This document shows, one piece after another, positions 32,939 to 48,183 of a stretch of 64,000 nucleotides of DNA (positions within the stretch are counted from its first letter, which is position 1; the number at the start of each line of letters is the position of its first letter). The stretch is taken from positions 15,428 to 79,427 of the forward strand of contig JAVEZY010000001.1 of NCBI GenBank assembly GCA_034002745.1. The letters run 5' to 3'. The notes under the pieces are model-generated. The model saw only the letters and a program-made list of their open reading frames with translations. It was not told the DNA's origin and did no database searches. Position numbers and translations under genes: made by a program. This DNA comes from Gammaproteobacteria bacterium. GTDB lineage: Bacteria > Pseudomonadota > Gammaproteobacteria > SZUA-140.

Positions 32939-33193
32939 ATGCACATCTATATGCAGACACCGCCCGGCGACGATCGACCGCCGCGCTTCTATCACCTGAT
33001 CCTGCAGCGGGACCTGCTCGGTGGCTGGTCGCTGGTAAGGGAATGGGGCACGCAGGGGAGCGGCGGCCGCATGCTCCGGGATCATCATCCGGATCGCGAT
33101 GAAGCAACGACGGCCATGATGCGCATCCGTGATGAACAACTCCGACGCGGTTATCGCGTGGTGTTCTTCGAGGGAGAGCAACTGAGCGAATGA
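32939..33193 (+). CDS. Small WGR-domain protein
   Basis: RFYHLILQRDLLGGWSLVREWGTQGSGGRM...RRGY matches the bacterial stand-alone WGR pattern (FYEL.LQ.DLFGGW.L.RRWGRIGT.G...KGY). Its stop overlaps the start of the next gene. Confidence 0.6.
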   Translation: MHIYMQTPPGDDRPPRFYHLILQRDLLGGWSLVREWGTQGSGGRMLRDHHPDRDEATTAMMRIRDEQLRRGYRVVFFEGEQLSE

Positions 33194-34875
33194 TTTCCGC
33201 TTCCGCCAGCGCGGATGATTCCGGTGCGGATGGCGGCAAAGCCGCGCCATCGCACCGCATGGCCGGCGATCCCTTCCAGTCCTGGTGCGATGAAAGCGCC
33301 TGGTATCCCGACCCGACCCGCGAAAACAGCCTGAAGCTATTGCTTCATCTCGCGCCCTATAGCGATCTGCTTCTCGTCACCGGCGAGAGCGGGAGCGGCA
33401 AATCTCTGTTTATAAAGAAGTTCATCGCCGGGGCGGGCGACACTTGGCGCGTCCTTTCATTGCCCGGCGGCCCGGCGCTGGATGATATATCCCTGCTGGA
33501 GTCGCTGGATCAGGAACTGTCGGTACGCCCCGATGGGGATGCGGACCGGGAAGAGCGCCTGCGTCGGCTGAGACGCGGCCTGTTCGTCCTCCGCCGCGGC
33601 GCCCTGCTGCCGGTCCTGGTCGTGGATGATGCGCATCTGTTGCCGTCGTCGGCCTTCCAGTTTCTGGTTGAACTCACCGAGCCGCGGGAGGATGGAGAAA
33701 AACCGATCGCGGTGGTCCTTGCCGGGGAAGCGTCGGCGCTCGGGTCCCGCATCGAGGGGGTCGGTGATCGCCTGCAGGCGCGCGTGGCCCATGTGTTCGA
33801 ACTGCAGGCGCTCACTGAAGCGGGCACAGGTGCATATATAAGGCATCGCCTTGCGCTCGCCGGTATGGAGACGAGCACCGCCTTCACTCCCGCAGTGGTT
33901 CGCTACATCCATACCGCCTCACGCGGATTACCCAGCCGCATCAATGAGTTCGCGCGGGTGGTGCTGGAAGAAGGGCAGCGCAGGCTGCGCAGGAAAGAGG
34001 ACGGTGCGGTTGGCGGTGCGGCCGGTCCCAGCGATGCCGGCATCCTGTTGCGTTATGGATTTGCGGCCCTGGTGGTGGCGTTGGCCGGAGTCGCACTCGT
34101 CTATCGGGAAGAGCTTTCTACGCTCATGCGCGACGATCGGGGAAGTTCTGTTGTCGGGTCCGCGGCCACCGTCCGGGAACCGACTGATTCTGTTGAGGTA
34201 TTATTTGGCGACTCGGCGCCGGATCCAGAGGTTCCAGGCAAGCTGCCTGATAATTCTGATGTTTTTCTCGATCTCGAAGGCGGCTCCGCGGAGGCGGTCA
34301 CCGAAATTTTCGAAGGAGACCGAGAACTATCTGATTCGGATGGTGTGTTATCTGTCGACGAGAGTCGTGTGGAAGAGGCCGAAAGCGGGGTGAGCGTTGC
34401 TTCCGCCGACCGGCAGGAGGAGAGGACGTCCGCGAAAGCTCCTGCGCCGCTACGCGTGCCCGAGGAACCTGGCGTTGTCGGGACTCTGGACGGACCGGAA
34501 GTGGTGGCCGGCAAGGGGCCGCAAGGCGCTTCTGCCGCGCAGTCGCCAGGGACCGAGGACCCATGGGCGCCCCGCCGCGAAGCCTGGCTGCTCGCACAGG
34601 CGCCGCACACATGGACGGTGCAGCTTTTCGCCAGCCGAGAGGAACGGCTGCTTGCGCTGATCGAAGAACATCGTCTGGAGTCCGGCGCAGCTGTATTCCG
34701 GGCGCGCAGCGGAGATCCGGCTCTGTATGCGCTGGTCTGGGGTCTATTCTCAAGCCGGGAGGAGGCGAACCAGGCGATCGAGGGGGATCTCGCCCACATT
34801 GCCGGGCTGAAGCCCTGGGTACGATCCATGGGCGATATTCAGGCCGCCATCGCCTCCCAGGAGAGCGGCGGGTGA
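33190..34875 (+). CDS. AAA+ ATPase with C-terminal SPOR domain (ExeA/DamX-like)
   Basis: N-terminal P-loop GESGSGKS, a long disordered acidic/Pro-rich linker, and a C-terminal SPOR-like segment (WTVQLFASREEERLLALIEEH...YALVWGLFSSREEANQA). It occupies the same position as PA5037 of P. aeruginosa. Confidence 0.7.
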   Translation: MISASASADDSGADGGKAAPSHRMAGDPFQSWCDESAWYPDPTRENSLKLLLHLAPYSDLLLVTGESGSGKSLFIKKFIAGAGDTWRVLSLPGGPALDDISLLESLDQELSVRPDGDADREERLRRLRRGLFVLRRGALLPVLVVDDAHLLPSSAFQFLVELTEPREDGEKPIAVVLAGEASALGSRIEGVGDRLQARVAHVFELQALTEAGTGAYIRHRLALAGMETSTAFTPAVVRYIHTASRGLPSRINEFARVVLEEGQRRLRRKEDGAVGGAAGPSDAGILLRYGFAALVVALAGVALVYREELSTLMRDDRGSSVVGSAATVREPTDSVEVLFGDSAPDPEVPGKLPDNSDVFLDLEGGSAEAVTEIFEGDRELSDSDGVLSVDESRVEEAESGVSVASADRQEERTSAKAPAPLRVPEEPGVVGTLDGPEVVAGKGPQGASAAQSPGTEDPWAPRREAWLLAQAPHTWTVQLFASREERLLALIEEHRLESGAAVFRARSGDPALYALVWGLFSSREEANQAIEGDLAHIAGLKPWVRSMGDIQAAIASQESGG

Positions 34876-35041
34876 TGATCGCTTCAGCCCGGTCGCCGCA
34901 TCCATCATCCGGTTTCCCGCGGTGCTCGCGAAAGGGAAGGCCGGGCATCGTGGTGGAACTTGCCCCATCCTTCTCACCGGCTCAAGCAGCCTGATCCAGG
35001 CCCGTCCCGCTCACAGCCTGTTGATTTGCCATTCATCGGAT

Positions 35042-35070
35042 TTGATAGCCTCCGAGTGGGCGAGTATACT
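35042..35070 (+). promoter_or_regulatory. Putative sigma70 promoter for gltBD (TTGATA-17 bp-TATACT) giving a 200 nt or longer leader
   Basis: Near-consensus -35 and -10 hexamers with a 17-bp spacer lie about 200 nt upstream of the gltB start. Confidence 0.4.
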
Positions 35071-35274
35071 TTTCTCCCCTTGCGTCTCTCGTACCCGTGC
35101 GGGAATTCTCCTGTGCGCAAGACGGGCAACCCGGCCCGCAGCGAAGTCGCCGGATCGGAGGGGGCCCAGTGCCCGACCGCATGGCTATTTTCCCACTGAC
35201 ACCTGATCGATATACACGAGCGCGTCCGCCCGATCGTACGGCTTGCCTGACCCCAGTTGTGCGGCAAGCGATTA

Positions 35275-39963
<4,689 letters not shown>

Positions 39964-39965
39964 TC

Positions 39966-41408
39966 ATGGGCAAGCCCACCGGTTTCCTCGAGTACGAGCG
40001 CAAGGACCGCGGCTACCAGCCGGTAGAGCAGCGGATTCGCCACTATTCGGAATTCGTTCTTCCGCTTTCGGATGCCGAGCTCGGCGTTCAGGGCGCGCGC
40101 TGCATGGACTGCGGCATCCCCTTCTGCCATCAGGGTTGCCCGGTCAACAACATCATTCCGGACTGGAACGACCTGGTCTATCGTCAGCAGTGGCGCGATG
40201 CGCTGGATGTGCTGCAATCGACCAACAACTTTCCGGAGTTCACCGGCCGCATCTGCCCTGCGCCCTGCGAGGAAGCATGCACGCTGAACATCGAAGACAC
40301 GCCGGTGACGATCAAGAGCATCGAAGGCGCGATTGCCGACAAGGGCTGGGAGCAGGGCTGGATCGTTCCGCAACCGCCGCGGCAGCGAACTGGCAAGCGT
40401 GCCGCGGTCATCGGCTCCGGGCCCGCCGGACTTGCCTGTGCGCAGCAACTGGCGCGCGCCGGGCATGATGTCACCGTATTCGAGAAGCAGGATCGCGTCG
40501 GCGGACTGCTGCGCTACGGCATCCCGGATTTCAAGATGGACAAGCATCTCATCGATCGCCGGGTGCGGCAGATGGAAGCCGAGGGCGTCGTCTTCCGCAC
40601 CGGCGTGCATGTCGGCCGTGACCTGCCGGTGCGCAGCCTGGTGGACGAGTTCGATGCCGTGGTGCTGGCCGGCGGCTCCGAGCGCCCGCGTGATCTCGAG
40701 GTTCCCGGACGCGAATTCGATGGCGTTCACTTCGCAATGGATTTTCTCGCCCAGCAGAATCGCCGCGTGGCCGGCGACGTGGTCGGGGCCGATGGCGCCA
40801 TCACTGCCGAGGGCAAGCACGTCGTGGTCATCGGCGGCGGTGATACCGGCTCGGACTGCATCGGTACCTCCATTCGCCAGGGCGCGCTATCGGTGACGCA
40901 GATCGAGATCATGCCGCGGCCGCCGGAGAAGGTGGACAAGGGGACGAGCTGGCCCTATTGGCCCAACCGGATGCGCACATCAAGCTCCCAGGCCGAAGGC
41001 GCGGCGCGCGAGTGGGGCGTTCTCACCAAGGAAATGGTCGGTGAAAACGGCAAAGTGAAGGCTTTGCGGGCGGTGCGAGTCGAGTGGACACAGGATGCGG
41101 CCGGCAAGTGGCAGATGAAGGAGCTTCCGGAACAGCCGCTCGAATTGAAGGCGGATCTGGTCTTGCTGGCCATGGGCTTCGTTCATCCGGTGCATCAGGG
41201 TATGATCGAGGAACTCGGCGTTGCGCTCGATGCGCGCGGCAACGTCGCTGCCGATACGGATCGTTACGCCACCTCGATTCCAAAGGTATTTTCGGCAGGA
41301 GACATGCGTCGCGGCCAGTCGCTGGTGGTTTGGGCCATCCGCGAGGGGCGTCAGGCGGCGCGGGCGGTGGATGAATTTCTGATGGGGCACTCGGAATTGC
41401 CTCGGTGA
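39966..41408 (+). CDS. gltD: Glutamate synthase small subunit
   Basis: [15 protein letters not shown], Fe-S cysteine clusters, and [21 protein letters not shown] (FAD/NAD). It begins 3 nt after the gltB stop. Confidence 0.9.
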   Translation: MGKPTGFLEYERKDRGYQPVEQRIRHYSEFVLPLSDAELGVQGARCMDCGIPFCHQGCPVNNIIPDWNDLVYRQQWRDALDVLQSTNNFPEFTGRICPAPCEEACTLNIEDTPVTIKSIEGAIADKGWEQGWIVPQPPRQRTGKRAAVIGSGPAGLACAQQLARAGHDVTVFEKQDRVGGLLRYGIPDFKMDKHLIDRRVRQMEAEGVVFRTGVHVGRDLPVRSLVDEFDAVVLAGGSERPRDLEVPGREFDGVHFAMDFLAQQNRRVAGDVVGADGAITAEGKHVVVIGGGDTGSDCIGTSIRQGALSVTQIEIMPRPPEKVDKGTSWPYWPNRMRTSSSQAEGAAREWGVLTKEMVGENGKVKALRAVRVEWTQDAAGKWQMKELPEQPLELKADLVLLAMGFVHPVHQGMIEELGVALDARGNVAADTDRYATSIPKVFSAGDMRRGQSLVVWAIREGRQAARAVDEFLMGHSELPR

Positions 41409-41412
41409 GGAC

Positions 41413-42495
41413 ATGACGGAACTGAAGAACGACAGGCTGCTTCGCGCCCTGCTGCGGCAGCCGGTGGATGTGACTCCGGTATGGATGATGCGTCAGGCGG
41501 GCCGGTATCTGCCGGAATATCGCGCGACCCGGGAACGGGCCGGCAGTTTCATGGATCTGTGCCGGAATACGGAACTTGCCTGCGAAGTGACCCTGCAGCC
41601 GCTCGATCGCTACGCGCTCGATGCCGCCATCCTGTTTTCCGACATTCTGACCATTCCCGACGCCATGGGCTTGGGTCTGTACTTCGCCGAGAACGAGGGT
41701 CCGCGCTTCGAGCGGCCGGTGCGCTCGGCCGCGGACATCGAAGCGCTCGGCCGTCCCGATCCGGAAGAGGAACTGCGCTATGTGATGGATGCGGTGCGCC
41801 TCATTCGCCGGGAACTGCACGGGCGCGTTCCCCTGATCGGTTTCTCCGGTAGCCCATGGACGCTCGCGACATACATGGTCGAAGGCGGTTCGAGCAAGAA
41901 TTTCTCGCTGGTCAAGGGAATGATGTTCGACCAGCCCGAACTGATGCATCGTCTCCTCGGCCGGCTCGCCGATTCGGTGACCGATTACCTGAACGCGCAG
42001 ATCGCTGCGGGCGCCCAGGCCGCGATGATCTTCGACACGTGGGGGGGTGTGCTCACCACGCGTGATTATCATGCTTTCTCGCTCGAATACATGCGTCGTA
42101 TCGTCGCCGGCCTGCGACGGGAGGCCGAGGGACGCCGCGTGCCGGTGGTGCTGTTCACCAAGGGTGGCGCCGGCTGGCTGGAGGCGATGGCCGACACCGG
42201 CGCCGATGCGCTCGGCATCGACTGGACCATCGATATCGGGGAGGCGCGCCGCCGCGTCGGCGACCGGGTCGCACTGCAGGGAAACATGGATCCCTGCGTG
42301 CTGTACACCGCACCGGCGCGCATTCGCGAGGAAGTCGGTTTCGTGCTCGACAGTTTCGGTCACGGCAATGGCCACGTATTCAATCTCGGCCATGGCATCC
42401 ATCCCGGTATCGATCCGGAGAACGTGCGTGTATTCATCGACAGCGTGCACGAACTCTCCGCCCCGTATCACATGGACAAGCGCGAGAGCCGATGA
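41413..42495 (+). CDS. hemE: Uroporphyrinogen decarboxylase
   Basis: [15 protein letters not shown] and [15 protein letters not shown] are signature motifs of HemE. Confidence 0.9.
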   Translation: MTELKNDRLLRALLRQPVDVTPVWMMRQAGRYLPEYRATRERAGSFMDLCRNTELACEVTLQPLDRYALDAAILFSDILTIPDAMGLGLYFAENEGPRFERPVRSAADIEALGRPDPEEELRYVMDAVRLIRRELHGRVPLIGFSGSPWTLATYMVEGGSSKNFSLVKGMMFDQPELMHRLLGRLADSVTDYLNAQIAAGAQAAMIFDTWGGVLTTRDYHAFSLEYMRRIVAGLRREAEGRRVPVVLFTKGGAGWLEAMADTGADALGIDWTIDIGEARRRVGDRVALQGNMDPCVLYTAPARIREEVGFVLDSFGHGNGHVFNLGHGIHPGIDPENVRVFIDSVHELSAPYHMDKRESR

Positions 42496-43382
42496 TGGAG
42501 CCGCCATCCATGCGCGCGCCGATTCCGCCGCAGTTCGAGAAGCTGCGGGAAATGGAATCGTTCACGGACGAGATGTTCAACCGTATCGTCGAGTTCCAGG
42601 AGCGGATGCATCCCGCCTGGAACGAGAATGCGCCGTTCGCCGAACGCATCAGCCGCCTGCCCTTGCACGCACTCATCTTCAGCAACCCGGATCGAAACCC
42701 CGCCACGCACGCACAGACCGTGGCGCCCTTCTATCCGCTGCGCGCCGAGTTGCGCCAGATCGTCGCCTGCGCAAAACAGGTGGCCGATGATCCGCTGGTG
42801 TGCGATGTGCACGGACGCAATGGCTTTCTCGGCAGCCTGCTTGGCCGCGAGGGCGTGCGCGTCATCGGCGTGCGCGATCCTGCCGACAAGCCCAACCAGA
42901 TCGAACGCTTCTACGACTCCAGGGTCTACGAGCCGCTCGAGCTGACTCTCGACGAGTTGACTCGTCCCTTCGATGTCGCCTTTTCCGCATGGATGCCTTC
43001 CGGCATCGATCGCACGCCCCAGATCGTTGCGCACCGGCCGAAGCTCATCGTCTTCGTCCACACCGAACACAGCGACGAGACAGGCAGGCCGCAGACCGGC
43101 ACCTGGTCCGCCTATCACGAACTGCCGGACAACTACCTGCAGATCGCCGAGTGGACCGTCGAGCGTCCGCGGGACCTGCTGCATGAGGTCTGGCCCGACC
43201 TGACCCCCAGCATTGCCGAAACCCGCATCGTCCGCATCTATGCCGACGAGCCCTGGCAGCACATCCACGTCGACAGCGAAGTCGAATCCGTCGATCCTTA
43301 TGACTGGGAGCTCGATCTCGACATGGCGCTGACGGCGCTGGAGGCCAAGGAAGCTTTGCGCGCGAGAGGTTTTTCCGTCTGA
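42492..43382 (+). CDS. Hypothetical protein translationally coupled to hemE (possible degenerate methyltransferase-like fold)
   Basis: The ATG overlaps the hemE stop (ATGA). 296 aa with no recognisable family. [28 protein letters not shown] weakly resembles a class I methyltransferase motif I-II region, with glycines replaced. Confidence 0.4.
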   Translation: MMEPPSMRAPIPPQFEKLREMESFTDEMFNRIVEFQERMHPAWNENAPFAERISRLPLHALIFSNPDRNPATHAQTVAPFYPLRAELRQIVACAKQVADDPLVCDVHGRNGFLGSLLGREGVRVIGVRDPADKPNQIERFYDSRVYEPLELTLDELTRPFDVAFSAWMPSGIDRTPQIVAHRPKLIVFVHTEHSDETGRPQTGTWSAYHELPDNYLQIAEWTVERPRDLLHEVWPDLTPSIAETRIVRIYADEPWQHIHVDSEVESVDPYDWELDLDMALTALEAKEALRARGFSV

Positions 43383-43629
43383 TGCGAACGGGACATGCGG
43401 GAATATCCCTCATGTCCCACCCAGGTCTTCGCTCAGCGCGCGTTCCCACGGCTGCCCGCACGCCAGCCTGTTTCACGATCTCCGTCGGATGGCCAGACAG
43501 TCCTCGGTCCGGCTGCTTGCGTTGTCAGCCAGGCAGTACGATGGTCTGCGCATTCAACGGCGGGTCAGTGAACCTGTCCCCATGCCATCGACAAGACCGC
43601 TCGTCGTTTGCATTCCCCGTAGGGGGTCG

Positions 43630-44031
43630 ATGACGGGCATGATCGTCAACATCGACGTTCCGGATCTGGATGCCGCGGTCTCTTTCTATACGGCGGCGAT
43701 CGGCCTGAAGCTCGCCCGCCTGCTGGATGATGACGTCGCCGAACTCACCGGGGCTTCATGTCCGATCTTCCTGCTGATGCGCCCGGAGGGAGTATCGCCC
43801 GCGCTTGGGGTCACACGGACTCGCGAATATGTGCGCCACTGGAGTCCGATACACCTCGATTTCGTGGTGGATGCGCTCGAGCACGCCGTGAAGCGAGCCA
43901 TCGACGCTGGCGCCATGCAGGAAACCGGAATCGTGCTCTGGCGTGGCTCGAGGTGCGTCACATTCTCCGATCCCTTCGGTCACGGCTTCTGCCTGATCGA
44001 GTTCGCTCAGGATACATACAGTGGCGATTGA
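43630..44031 (+). CDS. VOC (glyoxalase/bleomycin-resistance/dioxygenase) family protein
   Basis: MIVNIDVPDLDAAVSFYTAAIGLKL matches the VOC N-terminal motif. About 133 aa from the internal ATG at 43630, which follows TAGGGGG. Confidence 0.65.
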   Translation: MTGMIVNIDVPDLDAAVSFYTAAIGLKLARLLDDDVAELTGASCPIFLLMRPEGVSPALGVTRTREYVRHWSPIHLDFVVDALEHAVKRAIDAGAMQETGIVLWRGSRCVTFSDPFGHGFCLIEFAQDTYSGD

Positions 44032-44144
44032 GCCCTGCCAGGGGCTGGCTACGCCGGGCGACGGCCGTATGGCCGCCGCCGCTTGCTGGCCATGGATGCC
44101 TGCATGTGACGTCATGGCTATTGCTCGCGTGATCCGGGGGGCTC

Positions 44145-45524
44145 ATGTTCATCAGCGTGCTTGATCTGTTCAAGATCGGGATCGGGCCATCGAGCTCGCA
44201 CACCATGGGACCGATGACGGCTGCCAAGGCGTTTGTCGGGCTGGCCCGCGACTGGCTTGTCGCCCACCCCGAGGTTGATGACGCCTCGCTGCGCTGCACG
44301 CTCAAGGGATCGCTCGCCTATACAGGCAAGGGACACGCCACCGACCGGGCGGTGACCATGGGCTTACATGGCTATACGCCCGGAGCGGCGGCAGTCTGCG
44401 ACGTCGATGCGCTGGTGGCGGAGCTGTGGGAGCGGGAGCGCATCCTGACGGAGGGCGGGCCCGCCATTCGCTTCGTGCCATCGCGTGATGTCGTCTTCGA
44501 TCGGGGCGAGCCGCTGCCGGAGCATCCCAATGGCATGATCTTCGAGTTGCTCGATCCCGCCGGAGAGGCGCTTGTCTCCGTGATCTATTTCTCCATCGGC
44601 GGCGGCTTCGTCAGCACGGGTGCCGAGATCCACCAGCTGGTGGCGCCCCTGCACATGGTTGCTGACGATGCTTATCCTTTCGGTTTCGACTCGGCCAGAA
44701 CCATGTTGCGCATGGCCGAGGAAAGCGGTCTGTCCATCGCCGCGATGAAGCGCGCCAATGAATGCAGCGTGATGGCCGAGGCGGTGTTGAACGAGGGGTT
44801 GGATGCCATATGGCAGGCGATGCGGAGTTGCCTCGAGCGCGGGCTCCAGGCGCGTGGCACGCTTCCCGGCGGACTCGATCTGCCGCGCCGCGCCCGCCAG
44901 CTCCATGAGCAGCTGCATGCCAGGCCGGAGGACGCAACAGTCAACGACTGGTTGTGTGCCTATGCGATGGCGGTCAACGAGGAGAACGCGGCAGGACATC
45001 TGGTGGTGACGGCGCCCACCAACGGTGCGGCCGGCGTCATCCCGGCGGTCCTCTACTATCGCGTTGTGCACGAACATGCCCGCACGGAGGAGATTCGTGA
45101 CTACCTGCTAACGGCAGCCGCCATTGGCGGGCTCATCAAGCATCGCAGTTCGATCTCCGGCGCCGAGGTGGGCTGCCAGGGCGAAGTGGGCTCCGCTGCC
45201 GCGATGGCGGCAGCCGGGTTGTGCGCGATCCGCGGCGGAACCCCGCGGCAGGTGGAAAATGCCGCAGAGATCGCGCTGGAGCATCACCTGGGCATGACCT
45301 GTGATCCGGTCAGGGGGCTGGTGCAGGTTCCCTGCATCGAGCGCAATGGCTTCGGCGCCATCAAGGCGCATACTGCCGCGTCTCTCGCCCTGCGCGGCAG
45401 CGGACAACACTTCATGCCGCTCGACAGCTGCATTGCGGCAATGAAGCAGACCGGCGAGGAGATGTCTTCGCGGTTCAAGGAGACTTCGCTGGGCGGGCTT
45501 GCGGTCAGCGTTACGGAATGCTGA
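44145..45524 (+). CDS. sdaA: L-serine ammonia-lyase (iron-sulfur dependent, single-chain)
   Basis: [24 protein letters not shown] is the characteristic SdaA N-terminus. The 459-aa alpha+beta fused form. Confidence 0.9.
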   Translation: MFISVLDLFKIGIGPSSSHTMGPMTAAKAFVGLARDWLVAHPEVDDASLRCTLKGSLAYTGKGHATDRAVTMGLHGYTPGAAAVCDVDALVAELWERERILTEGGPAIRFVPSRDVVFDRGEPLPEHPNGMIFELLDPAGEALVSVIYFSIGGGFVSTGAEIHQLVAPLHMVADDAYPFGFDSARTMLRMAEESGLSIAAMKRANECSVMAEAVLNEGLDAIWQAMRSCLERGLQARGTLPGGLDLPRRARQLHEQLHARPEDATVNDWLCAYAMAVNEENAAGHLVVTAPTNGAAGVIPAVLYYRVVHEHARTEEIRDYLLTAAAIGGLIKHRSSISGAEVGCQGEVGSAAAMAAAGLCAIRGGTPRQVENAAEIALEHHLGMTCDPVRGLVQVPCIERNGFGAIKAHTAASLALRGSGQHFMPLDSCIAAMKQTGEEMSSRFKETSLGGLAVSVTEC

Positions 45525-45641
45525 GGATGCCTGGAGGGGATCGCGTATTCGCGGCATGCTGCTCGACCTTCTTCCCGAGGATCCGCTCGATGGCCCATGA
45601 ATGTGCCGATTCGACGCACCGCAACCTTCAAGGAGCGCAAT

Positions 45642-46069
45642 GTGGAAACACAGGAACTGCATCGAGGTCGTCTCATCGATCATATTCAATTGGTGGTCCG
45701 GGACCTGCCGGCCAGCCGGCCTTTTATCAGGCCGTCTTCGATGTGCTCGGGATCCCCATCGGCGGCGCGGGCGACGGATTTTTCTGGGCGGACGAGCTGT
45801 TCGTTTCTGCGGCGAACAGCGGGGCGGCGCAGGGAGCCTTGACCGGCCGGCATCACCTCGCTTTCCAGGCGCGTGATCGGGTCATGGTCGATGAATTCTA
45901 CCGGGTCGCGCTGGCGCACGGCGCCCGGGACAATGGCGCCCCGGGCGAGCGCCCATATCATCCGGGCTACTATGCCGCGTTCGTGCTCGATCCCGACGGC
46001 AACAATATTGAAGCCGCCTATCATGGCCAGGGCGATCGCAGCGCGCCTTCGGTGCGGATCAGATTCTGA
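45642..46069 (+). pseudogene. VOC/glyoxalase-family gene disrupted by an apparent -1 frameshift
   Basis: The N-terminal VOC motif (RLIDHIQLVVRDLPASR) is in frame 0, beginning at a GTG at 45642 with AAGGAG 6 nt upstream. The rest of the domain (AFYQAVFDVLGIPIGG...GYYAAFVLDPDGNNIEAAY) continues in the -1 frame after about 45715-45722, in a CCGGCC run. Confidence 0.5.
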
Positions 46070-46414
46070 CAAGCAGCGGGGGCTGACGCAGAAGCCGCAG
46101 GCCTGTCACCCGGTTCGAGTGGATTGCCGGAGGATCGGCCTTGCGTGCGCATGACCTCATGTTTCCGTTCATGATGCAGATTTTTTCGTCAGGCGTGATA
46201 ATGGGCGATGGCCGGACCGAACTCGATCCGGCCGGATCTCGGACACCATTCTTGCGCAATGTCCGCTCCCCGGGGGGGTGCAGAGACCGGCACAGAGGCC
46301 GATAAGCAAGCGAGTGTTCGCGCGATAGGGACGCGAAATCAATGGCTTGGAATTTGGCGCGAGCGCCGGCTGCTGCGCCTTATACGGCCGTTTGTTATGG
46401 ACAATTCCGGCGCG

Positions 46415-46434
46415 GTTTGTTATGTCTAACAAAC
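46415..46434. promoter_or_regulatory. Perfect 20-bp palindrome GTTTGTTATGTCTAACAAAC (putative operator) upstream of the O-methyltransferase gene
   Basis: A perfect inverted repeat lies 49 nt upstream of the ATG at 46483. An additional direct copy of GTTTGTTATG sits at 46389-46398. The core TGT-N3-ACA resembles GntR/FadR-type operator half-sites. Confidence 0.35.
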
Positions 46435-46482
46435 GTTTTACAGCGCCCGTCGACCGATAGCAGAAATATTCAGGGGAAATCC

Positions 46483-47532
46483 ATGTCTGATTCCTGGGGT
46501 GACAAGAAGAGTGGCGATGGCGAGTGGGGATGGGATCTGCCGGAAGGCATGGATCCCATGCGGGTGATGCAGGTCGCTTCCGCGTACTGGGACTCCTGCG
46601 TGCTCCACGCTGCCAACCGCCTGAACGTTTTCAATCTCCTCTCCGATGGGAGCAAGGATCTCGATACCCTGACGCGCGAGACCGAATCGGACCGCCGCTG
46701 CCTCGGCGCGTTGCTGAGCGCGCTGGTTTCGCTGGGCTTTCTCGATCGCGACGGTGATGTGTTCAGCAATTCCCAGTTCAGCAAGACCTTCCTTGCCGAG
46801 TCGAGCAAGTTCTACCAGGGCGGCATCGTCTACATGTTCGAGAACTGGTACGAAGCCTGGGGCAAGCTCTACGATGTGGTCAAGACCGGCAAGCCCTCGG
46901 CGCTGATGCATCAGGCCTACACGGATGAAGAGACCCGCAATTACATGATGGGCATGCACAACCGCGCGCTGTCGCAGTCGGACGTGCTGACCTCGATGTT
47001 CGATCTCACCGGCAAGAAGCAGTTGATGGACGTCGGTTGCGGTCCGGCCACTTTCGCGGTGAAGTTCTGCGAGCGTTATTCCGGCCTCAATGCCGTCGCC
47101 ATGGACCGCGAGCAGAATCTGAAGATCGCGAAGGAAGTCGTCGACATGTACGACATGCACGATCGCGTGAAGCTGCTGCCGGGCGACTACAACACCGATA
47201 GTCTGGGCACGGGCAACGATGCCATGCTGCTGTCGTCGATGACCAACCAGGAGTCGCCGGAAAACATCCGCCAGCTGCTGAAGAAGTGCTATGATTCGAT
47301 GAACAGGGATGGCGTCATCATGATCCAGGAGCAGCTGTTGTTGGGCGACAAGAAGGGCCCGAAGCTCGCTGCCCTGATCGGCGTCAACCAGATCATCAAT
47401 ACCGTCTCCGGTTCCTCCTACTCGACCACCGAGATGGAGGACTTCCTGCGCGAGGTCGGCTTCACCGACATCAGTTCCAGGCAGATGGCGCCACCGAGTC
47501 CCTTCATCATGGTCAGCGGCTACAAGCGCTGA
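46483..47532 (+). CDS. Class I SAM-dependent O-methyltransferase (Methyltransf_2 / COMT-like, with N-terminal dimerisation domain)
   Basis: LMDVGCGPATFAVKF is the SAM motif I. Overall length of about 350 aa and a winged-helix dimerisation N-terminus are typical of bacterial family-2 O-methyltransferases. AGGGGA motif before the ATG. GC content is somewhat lower than the flanking genes. Confidence 0.75.
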   Translation: MSDSWGDKKSGDGEWGWDLPEGMDPMRVMQVASAYWDSCVLHAANRLNVFNLLSDGSKDLDTLTRETESDRRCLGALLSALVSLGFLDRDGDVFSNSQFSKTFLAESSKFYQGGIVYMFENWYEAWGKLYDVVKTGKPSALMHQAYTDEETRNYMMGMHNRALSQSDVLTSMFDLTGKKQLMDVGCGPATFAVKFCERYSGLNAVAMDREQNLKIAKEVVDMYDMHDRVKLLPGDYNTDSLGTGNDAMLLSSMTNQESPENIRQLLKKCYDSMNRDGVIMIQEQLLLGDKKGPKLAALIGVNQIINTVSGSSYSTTEMEDFLREVGFTDISSRQMAPPSPFIMVSGYKR

Positions 47533-47558
47533 CGACGGTTGCGCAATGGGAAAGCAGA

Positions 47559-47594
47559 GGCCGCCCTTCGAACGAAGCGCGGCCTTTGTGTTTT
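47559..47594 (+). terminator. Rho-independent terminator after the O-methyltransferase gene
   Basis: GGCCGC-C-CTTCG-AA-CGAAG-C-GCGGCC is a nested perfect stem followed by TTTGTGTTTT. Confidence 0.6.
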
Positions 47595-47658
47595 ATGCGA
47601 CATCAGCCGGCTGATGTCGGCAAAATCGGAGTCTGACTCCGTCTCGAACAGGGTGGCC

Positions 47659-48120
47659 ATGCAAATCTGGGTCGATGCCGATGCCTGTCCTGCGGTGGTC
47701 AAGGACATTCTCTTTCGCGCCGCTGAGCGCACACGTATCCCGGTGACGCTGGTCGCCAACCAAGCGCTGAACGTGCCGCGTTCACCATTGATCCGCGTCC
47801 TGCAGGTTGCCGCCGGATTCGATGTCGCCGATGAGGAAATCGTCAGGCGAGTGAATGCCGGTGACATCGTCGTCACCAGCGATATACCGCTCGCGGCCGA
47901 CGCGCTTGCCAAGGGCGCCGAGGTGATCAGCCCGCGCGGCGAACGGCATACCTCCGACAGTATTCGCGACCGGCTGGTGATGCGGGATTTTCTCGACACG
48001 CTGCGCGCGAGCGGCATCCGCACCGGCGGCCCGGCGGCTTTGAGCCAGGCCGATCGCAAGGCGTTTGCGGATCAGCTCGATCGCCTGCTGGCGCGAAGCT
48101 CCGGCGCAGAGCGTATCTGA
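47659..48120 (+). CDS. yaiI: YaiI/YqxD family protein (UPF0178, DUF188)
   Basis: [34 protein letters not shown] is the hallmark UPF0178 N-terminus. About 153 aa. Confidence 0.8.
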   Translation: MQIWVDADACPAVVKDILFRAAERTRIPVTLVANQALNVPRSPLIRVLQVAAGFDVADEEIVRRVNAGDIVVTSDIPLAADALAKGAEVISPRGERHTSDSIRDRLVMRDFLDTLRASGIRTGGPAALSQADRKAFADQLDRLLARSSGAERI

Positions 48121-48183
48121 GGGGAAAATCATCTCTGCCCCTGAGCGGTGTCGATGTGACATTCGGCAGCGCAGGAGGCAATC

